Part shown: positions 57,642 through 64,000 of the stretch, piece by piece | Layout of the letters: the number at the start of each line of letters is the position of its first letter | Numbering within the stretch: the first letter of the stretch is position 1 | From: a virus | Taxonomy: Duplodnaviria; Caudoviricetes | Direction: 5' to 3' (one strand) | Length of the DNA: 64,000 nt | Virus record (IMG/VR): IMGVR_UViG_2648501152_000001 | Location: 21,132 to 85,131 of that record | Notes under the pieces: generated by a model | The model's input: only the letters and a program-made list of their open reading frames with translations | Told to the model about the DNA's origin: nothing | The model's database searches: none | Made by a program: the position numbers and the translations under genes

Positions 57642-57983
57642 GTGAGCGGATACTCTCCGATCAAAGAGACTTTGGTGTTGACTCGCGGCGCCGACTATGT
57701 GCACCGTTTCCAGAAGGCTGTGGCGGACCCGGATTTCCCTGAGGGTACGACTGCGGAGATTGTGATTACGCGCGGTACGTCGATGACGGCCCCTGTGTTG
57801 GCGACGTGGCCTGCCTATGACGTGAATCCGGATGCGTTGGAGTTTTGGGTGCAGACCACGGAGACGGATGCGATTCCGGACAGGGTGAATTGGCGCCTGT
57901 TGGTGCATTATCCGGCGCAGTCTCCGGATTCTGAGGTTCAGGATTTTTGTTGGATGCGTGGCACGGTGAAGCGCGAACAGTAG
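57642..57983 (+). CDS. tail-region protein (LtfC/BppU-like)
   Basis: GY.P...LVLTRGAD...G.V.RE. Confidence 0.6.
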   Translation: MSGYSPIKETLVLTRGADYVHRFQKAVADPDFPEGTTAEIVITRGTSMTAPVLATWPAYDVNPDALEFWVQTTETDAIPDRVNWRLLVHYPAQSPDSEVQDFCWMRGTVKREQ

Positions 57984-58031
57984 TAGCTGTCTGCGATACA
58001 CGTTGATTGTTAACTTGATAGAGGAGCCTCA

Positions 58032-58388
58032 ATGCCGAAGATGACGAATGCGTTCCGGGAGGCTGTTGCGGTCGCGGCGACGGGTCAGGGTTCGTGGATC
58101 AGTCTGCACACCGCAGATCCGACCACGGTGGGCAACAATGAGGTGACGGGCGGTTCCCCCGCGTATGCGCGGAAGCAAACCACATGGACTGCCGGTTCGT
58201 CGGATGGCACTGTGGTGGGCACTGAGGTGGAGTTCGATGTGCCTGCCGGCACGTTCACCCACATTTCGTGCTGGACAGCGGTGACGGGTGGCACGTTCCA
58301 GTGGTCGCAGTCGATCAGTGGCACCACGTTCCCCGGTCAGGGTAAGTTGCGTATCACGCCGATGTTCTCGGTGCCGCAGGGCGTCTAA
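58032..58388 (+). CDS. minor tail protein
   Basis: SLHTADP...NEVTGGSPAYARK..TW. Confidence 0.8.
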   Translation: MPKMTNAFREAVAVAATGQGSWISLHTADPTTVGNNEVTGGSPAYARKQTTWTAGSSDGTVVGTEVEFDVPAGTFTHISCWTAVTGGTFQWSQSISGTTFPGQGKLRITPMFSVPQGV

Positions 58389-59401
58389 TGTCCTTTCCTG
58401 GCCTGGACACATTTCCAGGGCTGAACCTGTTTCCGTCGTGGACTATTCTGCTGCCTCCGCCTGGTGTGGTGCCGACGACGGTTGCGGAGCGCCCTCGGGT
58501 GCCGGTGACGATTGTGCGTGCTGGGGCGATTCCGCCGCGCATGATTTGGATGCCGCGCCTGTTCCAGGATGTTGATGTGGAGTTGTCGTTGACGACTTCG
58601 TTGTCTCCCACGATGATCGTGAACGCCATCGCCGAGTTGTCGCCGGATATTTCGGTGTCGATCGATGCGGTGGGTGGTGCTGTCCAGTTGACCGTCCCGA
58701 TCGACATGCAGCTCGACGCATCGGCTATCGCCTCGGTGATTTCGAAGGCCGAGATGCTGATGCCAACTGATGCGTGGGTAGTGCAAAAGATCGCTGGCAT
58801 GTCCGACAATTTCAACCGTGCCGATGGTTCTCCCGGATCGAACTGGTTGCAGCGCCGCGTCTCGGGCACCACGAACGCTGTGATCGCCGGTAACGCGATC
58901 CAGGCAGGTGTGCCGTCAACGGCGTCTGGCGCCGATAACACGAATCAGACGGTGTTGGTGTTCAACCCGGCAATCGGCGTCGATAACTTCGCTACCGAGG
59001 CAACCATTCTGTCAGTACCGGCTGCCGGGTATTTCTCGGGTGTCGTGACTCGGTCGGATGCGTCGATGATGAACTTTGTGGCCGCGTTTGCCGCTGGCAA
59101 TAGTGATACCGCAGGTATTTACACGTGCATTAATGGAACTTTCACCCGCCGTGTTGCGTTCGCGACGGATGCGTTCCAGGGCAACGACACGATGATCGTG
59201 GAGGCTGTGGGCAACGTTTACACGGTGAAGCGCCGCCGCTCTGGGAAGGTGACGACGGTGACTTCGTGGACTGATTCGGCGAATGTGATGCCGTCTGGTT
59301 CGACGTATCGCCACGGCGGAATGTATGTGTTGTCGGTGCGGTCGACGTTTGAAACGAATTATGGTCCAAAACTTGATAATTGGTCGGCGTACGCCGTGTA
59401 A
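58388..59401 (+). CDS. minor tail protein with lectin-like C-terminal domain
   Basis: DNFNRADG...W; coupled to the previous gene. Confidence 0.75.
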   Translation: MSFPGLDTFPGLNLFPSWTILLPPPGVVPTTVAERPRVPVTIVRAGAIPPRMIWMPRLFQDVDVELSLTTSLSPTMIVNAIAELSPDISVSIDAVGGAVQLTVPIDMQLDASAIASVISKAEMLMPTDAWVVQKIAGMSDNFNRADGSPGSNWLQRRVSGTTNAVIAGNAIQAGVPSTASGADNTNQTVLVFNPAIGVDNFATEATILSVPAAGYFSGVVTRSDASMMNFVAAFAAGNSDTAGIYTCINGTFTRRVAFATDAFQGNDTMIVEAVGNVYTVKRRRSGKVTTVTSWTDSANVMPSGSTYRHGGMYVLSVRSTFETNYGPKLDNWSAYAV

Positions 59402-59416
59402 CGGCAGGGGTGTTTG

Positions 59417-60433
59417 ATGGCTTACACTAGGTTTTACTCGTTGTGGAAGAATGATCCGGACGTTTCGACTCCGATCAGCGCCGAGTCGTTGAATCACATT
59501 GAGGAAGGCTTGGAGTCGGCGCACAACACCCTGGAAGGTCGGCTCTCCGATGCGGCCTTGAATGGCACGTATGTGCGGACAGTCAACGACATTGCCCCTG
59601 ATTCGGATGGAAATGTTACCGTCACTGGTTCCGGGTCTGGGACAGTGTCGGATGCAACCACCTCGACAAAGGGTGTTGTACAGCTCGCCGGAGACCTTGC
59701 GGGGACCGCTTCCGCACCCACAGTACCTGGCCTTGCGGGGAAGGCTAACGCTTCGCACACTCACGCCCAGTCTGATGTGACGGGGCTGTCAACCACGCTG
59801 GCAGGCAAAGCGGACCTTGTTGGCGGCACGATCCCGCAGGCGCAGATCCCGGCGGTGGCGGTCACAGAGTTCCTTGGGGCGGTCGCCTCGCAGGTGGAGA
59901 TGCTCGCCCTGTCCGGGCAGCGCGGCGACTGGTGCACCCGCACCGATCTCGGCACCGACTGGCAGTTGATAGCCGAACCGTCCTCTACGTTTGCGAACTG
60001 GAGGGAACGCACCTACCCCGCATCCCCTGTCTCATCCGTGGCGGGGCGCACTGGGGCGGTAACCCTGTCCACGGCAGACATCACCGACATGACCACGGTC
60101 GGCTCGAATGTAGCTAAGGCCACCGATGCGGCTGCGGCCCGCGCAGCGATCGGCGCCGGCACGTCCAATCTCGCCATTGGCACCACGGGCACCACCGCCG
60201 CAGCTGGAAACGATTCCAGACTGTCCGATCAACGAACCCCCACTGATTTGTCCGTAACCAACGCGAAGGTCGCATCCAACGCGGCTATCGCATTGTCGAA
60301 GCTCGCTACCGGCTATGTGCAGGGCTCCAGCAATGGTACTCCGACGACGTTGACGGTGTGGGTCGGTACCGAGGCGCAGTACACCGCCATCGGCACGAAA
60401 GATCCGGCGACCATCTATTTCAGGACTGCGTGA
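59417..60433 (+). CDS. tail fibre protein
   Basis: DATTSTKGVVQLAGDL, HTHAQSDVTGL, VSSVAGRTGAV, W.GT.AQY.AI..KD..TIY. Confidence 0.85.
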   Translation: MAYTRFYSLWKNDPDVSTPISAESLNHIEEGLESAHNTLEGRLSDAALNGTYVRTVNDIAPDSDGNVTVTGSGSGTVSDATTSTKGVVQLAGDLAGTASAPTVPGLAGKANASHTHAQSDVTGLSTTLAGKADLVGGTIPQAQIPAVAVTEFLGAVASQVEMLALSGQRGDWCTRTDLGTDWQLIAEPSSTFANWRERTYPASPVSSVAGRTGAVTLSTADITDMTTVGSNVAKATDAAAARAAIGAGTSNLAIGTTGTTAAAGNDSRLSDQRTPTDLSVTNAKVASNAAIALSKLATGYVQGSSNGTPTTLTVWVGTEAQYTAIGTKDPATIYFRTA

Positions 60434-60436
60434 CCT

Positions 60437-60934
60437 GTGGCGGGCATTAGTTTTGGATCAATCTCTGTCGCGAAGGTCTCTGCGGGGTCTGCGGAGATCC
60501 AGAATGTGAGTGTTGGCGACACGCTCGTGTGGCAGTCTACGTCTTTCGCGCCGTCAGGAATGACAAAGTCTGGCACGCAGACATTCACCTCGGCCGGCGC
60601 ATGGATGCTTGTCACCGGTTGGTCGGCGGACACGACCAACTACCCTGGTTCGACGGTCGTCTCGAACGGCCTCGACGTGCAGGGCGCCAAGGGAGCCGCC
60701 ACGGTCTCGGTGTCGCTGCCGTACACCGGGTCGTTCACCAACGCGCACACCGCGCGGATTCTGAAAAACGGCACCGTCGTAGCCACCGGCACCCCGGTGT
60801 CGACGGCCAACGGCACCATGACCGCGTCGTGGTCCGGGGCGGTGGTCGACACCGACGTGTTCACCGTCGAGGCGAAACTCGACACGTACGCCAACGGCAG
60901 CGTGTCGGCCGGAGGCTACATCCGCATCACCTAA
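60437..60934 (+). CDS. minor tail protein
   Basis: VGDTLVW, PSGMTKSG, W.AD...YPGS. Confidence 0.7.
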   Translation: MAGISFGSISVAKVSAGSAEIQNVSVGDTLVWQSTSFAPSGMTKSGTQTFTSAGAWMLVTGWSADTTNYPGSTVVSNGLDVQGAKGAATVSVSLPYTGSFTNAHTARILKNGTVVATGTPVSTANGTMTASWSGAVVDTDVFTVEAKLDTYANGSVSAGGYIRIT

Positions 60935-61117
60935 TCAACCACGTCACGGCCGGTGACGCGTTGACCGTGGAAGTGATGCACTCCGGGTTCACGGATCGCG
61001 CCATCTCGCCTGCGTTGCTGCGCACAACAATTTCGATGTAGATCCGCAAATATGTGCAGTTACGGCGCTTTTGGTGCTGCGATCCACGTTCCTGAGGTTT
61101 AAGCGGTAGAGGGGTAA

Positions 61118-61450
61118 ATGATGGGTAATCCGGTGTATGACAGGTCTGCTGCGTTCGACACCGAAAACGAAATGGTGTCACGCTACGCCGAACTTGCGCG
61201 TGTTCCTGATGTGATCCTCGCGGGCGCTGTGACCCGAAATGCGGATGGTGTGGTCACCACGGCAGACGTGGTGTGGCCGAACGGTGTTGCCGGCACCTTC
61301 ACCGCCACCAGCATCAACGCGACACACAAGACGGTGGACGCCTACGAAATCACTTATGGCGCCCCGCCGAAGTACACGTTCATTCAGCCCGCGATCACAC
61401 GTAACGCTGGTGGATATGCCACCAACATTCCCCCTATCGAGGTGAACTAG
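61118..61450 (+). CDS. tail-associated protein
   Basis: TRNADG...VWPNG..G...Y.QP..TR. Confidence 0.65.
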   Translation: MMGNPVYDRSAAFDTENEMVSRYAELARVPDVILAGAVTRNADGVVTTADVVWPNGVAGTFTATSINATHKTVDAYEITYGAPPKYTFIQPAITRNAGGYATNIPPIEVN

Positions 61451-61451
61451 C

Positions 61452-62729
61452 ATGGGACTTCTTGATCCTCCCGGACTGTCCAAAGCGGTAGCAGATGCCA
61501 CTTATGAGCGGGCCGTCCGGCCGTCGTGGGCTAGCGACGACCGGCCGTTCGATCCGCCGCTGAGTGTCTACAACCTCCGCCCCGACAACACTCAGAAGTG
61601 GCGCGCTGCGAAGGCCCGCGCCGCCGCCGGCCTGGGTCAGGCGCACGTGTCCACGTTCCTGGACTCCATCACCCACGGCGCGAACACCGCGACGAGCAAC
61701 CCGAAGTACACGTACTCATGGCCTGGGCGCTTGCGCACCCTGTTGCAGGCCCGGCTCGGCGACGGGGGCACCGGTGTGGTCGTCCCGTGGGATTCCATGC
61801 CGAACGATCCCGGCAGCCCACCGCACGACAATCGGTTCACCTTCGCTGGTGCGGTCACGAACGTTGCGTACGGGGTCTACAGCAAGGGCGCGAAGCGGGT
61901 CACCGGCACCGACGGCGCAGTCAATCACATCGAGTTCACCGCCACTTGTGACGAGTTCTGGGTCTATTCGCTGGTGTCCAGCGGCGGGTCGCCGCGAGTG
62001 CAGGTCGACGGCGGAACCATCAACACGATCGGTTCGGGCGGAAACTCGACCACCGCGACGTTCCTGCCGAAGCCGGGGTACTGGGGCGAGGGCACATCGA
62101 TGGGGCTGGTTGTTTCGCAGATTCCAGCGGGGGCGCTGGGGCAGCACACGATCCGGCTCATGGCTCCCTCGTCGTCGGGGACGTTGACCATCTTCGGGGT
62201 CGAAGGCCGGATCGCTGGCAAGGGTGTCCGGGTGTCGAACCTCGCGCAGTCCAGTCGGCAGACGAGCGAGCTGGTCGCCGACGACGCCACCAACCACTTC
62301 TCCGGTATGTCGATCGCATTCGATACTTTCCGCTCTGACCTCGCCGTGCTGCTCGTCGGGATGAACGACTACCAGGGGCACGTCCCGGTAGCGACGTTCA
62401 AGGCGCGGGTAGCGACCGCGATCGACCGGCAGCGCAGCACGAGCACGTACGCCGCGAAGGGTGACGTGATCCTTGCGACCTGCCCGCAACCCAACTACGC
62501 AGCCCCGATCCCGGCGGACGGTGTGCTCACACCTCCGCTGACGGACTACTACGGCGCGCTGTACGAGCTGGCCGACGAGAAGGACGTGCCGCTGATCGAC
62601 GTCGCACAGCGGTGGACGGACTACACCGCCGCGAGCGGTCTCGGGTTCTTCGGCGACGCGTTGCACCCGAACGACGTCGGGTCATCCGACATCGCTCAGG
62701 CCGTGTCGAACGTGCTGCTGAGGGTGTGA
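61452..62729 (+). CDS. SGNH/GDSL esterase-like tail-associated protein
   Basis: DSIT block I, GMND block III, DALHPND block V. Confidence 0.85.
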   Translation: MGLLDPPGLSKAVADATYERAVRPSWASDDRPFDPPLSVYNLRPDNTQKWRAAKARAAAGLGQAHVSTFLDSITHGANTATSNPKYTYSWPGRLRTLLQARLGDGGTGVVVPWDSMPNDPGSPPHDNRFTFAGAVTNVAYGVYSKGAKRVTGTDGAVNHIEFTATCDEFWVYSLVSSGGSPRVQVDGGTINTIGSGGNSTTATFLPKPGYWGEGTSMGLVVSQIPAGALGQHTIRLMAPSSSGTLTIFGVEGRIAGKGVRVSNLAQSSRQTSELVADDATNHFSGMSIAFDTFRSDLAVLLVGMNDYQGHVPVATFKARVATAIDRQRSTSTYAAKGDVILATCPQPNYAAPIPADGVLTPPLTDYYGALYELADEKDVPLIDVAQRWTDYTAASGLGFFGDALHPNDVGSSDIAQAVSNVLLRV

Positions 62730-62733
62730 CCGG

Positions 62734-62883
62734 TCAGTAGGCGGTGGCGTGCAGGTACTCCTGCGCGCAGTCGTCGTCGCAGAACCCGCTGCGCTCGTCG
62801 TCCCGGAGGATCGCGTCGCAGTACGCGCATCGGCCCTTGGACAGCTTGTACCTGGTCCACAGGTACCGCAGCGGCGAGATCAT
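62734..62883 (-). CDS. small Cys-rich protein (49 aa)
   Basis: MISPLRYLW...CAYC...FCDDDC. Confidence 0.45.
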   Translation of the reverse strand: MISPLRYLWTRYKLSKGRCAYCDAILRDDERSGFCDDDCAQEYLHATAY

Positions 62884-62968
62884 GCCGGCTATATCGCGGA
62901 ATCTGACCGGCCGTTACCCCCGCTCGTAACGGCTCACTATCTGCGCGCGCAGGAGGAACCAAGTACGC

Positions 62969-63007
62969 AAATCGGCCCCACCTCCGCAAAGGAGGTGGGG
63001 CCGATTT
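62969..63007. terminator. bidirectional intrinsic terminator
   Basis: AAATCGGCCCCACCTCC-GCAAA-GGAGGTGGGGCCGATTT between convergent units. Confidence 0.85.
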
Positions 63008-63021
63008 TGTGTTGTCTACGG

Positions 63022-63693
63022 TTAGGGTAGTGCCCATTCCCATTGCGCGGAGTCGACACCATCGGTCCACTCGTACCCCACATATTCAGTACCCGTGGCT
63101 ACGGGAACGATGATGCGTTTACTGTAGGTGGAGTTAGGCATCAGGTTGGACATGTCTTGACTGTCGGACATGGCGCAGGACATGGCGGAATTATCGGTGC
63201 CAACTTCTGTCTTCACTCGCCCGGTGTTGTCGACGGTGTACCAATCCCACAGGGACAGTGGTTCAGGGAAGGTGGGTGGGTTGGTGAATGTTTGCACTGT
63301 CAAGTCGAGGATGGCGAAGCCTTCACCGGGGTCGTTGATGGTGATATAGGGGTTGCTCGCGTTGGGGCATTCGGTGGCGGTGATGCGTTGAATACGGTCG
63401 ACGGTCATTTGAATGAGTTTCGTGTCGTCGGCACGCAAGACCCCGAATGGTTCGCCTACGTTTTTGATGATGGCGCCACGATTGTTGGTCACGGGGCTCG
63501 CGGCAGGCGTCACCGCTTTCGTTGTGGTGGGTGTGGGGGTGGCTGTCACCTTCACCAGGGTGGATGCCGGCGCAGCAGCAGAACGCTCCACAGCAGCGGG
63601 TGGTGGGGGTGTGTCTGCGGTCGTGTCAGTGGTGCTGCACGCCCCCAACATGAGGGCAGCAGCAACGACAGGGATGGTGTGTGCGAGTCGCAT
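63022..63693 (-). CDS. lipoprotein
   Basis: MRLAHTIPVVAAALMLGAC lipobox, Pro/Thr linker, beta-rich domain. Confidence 0.8.
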   Translation of the reverse strand: MRLAHTIPVVAAALMLGACSTTDTTADTPPPPAAVERSAAAPASTLVKVTATPTPTTTKAVTPAASPVTNNRGAIIKNVGEPFGVLRADDTKLIQMTVDRIQRITATECPNASNPYITINDPGEGFAILDLTVQTFTNPPTFPEPLSLWDWYTVDNTGRVKTEVGTDNSAMSCAMSDSQDMSNLMPNSTYSKRIIVPVATGTEYVGYEWTDGVDSAQWEWALP

Positions 63694-63703
63694 CAGAACA
63701 GTC

Positions 63704-64000
63704 CTAGAGGATGGTGGGTGGATGGTTGCCGAACGTGCCATAGGGGTCTCCGTGTAGGTACGCGGCGTGTTGCGCATCAGCCCGAGCAGCAATCACAGCA
63801 TGCTCCCGGCGGACAGCCTCACGGCGCTGCATGAGCGTGGCGAGCGGCCACCAATACACGACCGTGACGAGCATGAGGGTGGCGAGCCCGAACACCGCAG
63901 CCCCGAACTCGCCCGCCACAATCAACTGGACGAGCACCACAGTGAAGAACACTGCGACCGGGGCAAGCAAAATCCGTGCCGCCCCTAATACCCCCCTCAT
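63704..64000 (-). CDS. membrane protein
   Basis: Two TM segments followed by IAARADAQH...G.FG motif. Confidence 0.65.
   Translation of the reverse strand: MRGVLGAARILLAPVAVFFTVVLVQLIVAGEFGAAVFGLATLMLVTVVYWWPLATLMQRREAVRREHAVIAARADAQHAAYLHGDPYGTFGNHPPTIL

Noticed and set aside
1-64000. Integrase, immunity repressor, att sites
   Set aside because: None recognisable in the window; a temperate lifestyle is only inferred from the IS and gene layout

Overview
The whole window is a near-complete, GC-rich siphovirus-type actinobacteriophage or prophage. The host is probably in the mycolata (Rhodococcus/Gordonia-like; inferred from WhiB, actinobacterial DnaN, DUF2744-type tail genes and a split lysin A). 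Layout: (1) 1-24 kb holds many short early/middle genes, including two WhiB-like proteins, a DNA methylase, RusA, an orphan Phd/YefM antitoxin, DnaN, a PhaZ-like hydrolase, a MazG-like protein, a phosphoesterase and ThyX. It also has one IS5-family insertion and a set of promoter-operator-gene-terminator cassettes. (2) 25-26 kb is an RNA island with a large pseudoknotted ncRNA candidate, tRNA-Leu(CAA) and an aberrant tRNA-like RNA. (3) 30-63 kb encodes packaging, head, tail and lysis functions. The standout is an antisense island between the minor capsid and scaffold genes (37372-39380, minus strand). It has a promoter, a 10-unit stem-loop array whose units each carry two 9-nt spacers (CCA-N9-NG-N3-NCCR-N9-YG), an unknown 179-aa gene and a nuclease-less Nop/IS110-like protein. 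This fits a TIGR-Tas (TasA-type) RNA-guided system with an uncharacterised partner. No integrase or repressor was recognised inside the window. All calls are by eye; no searches were run.
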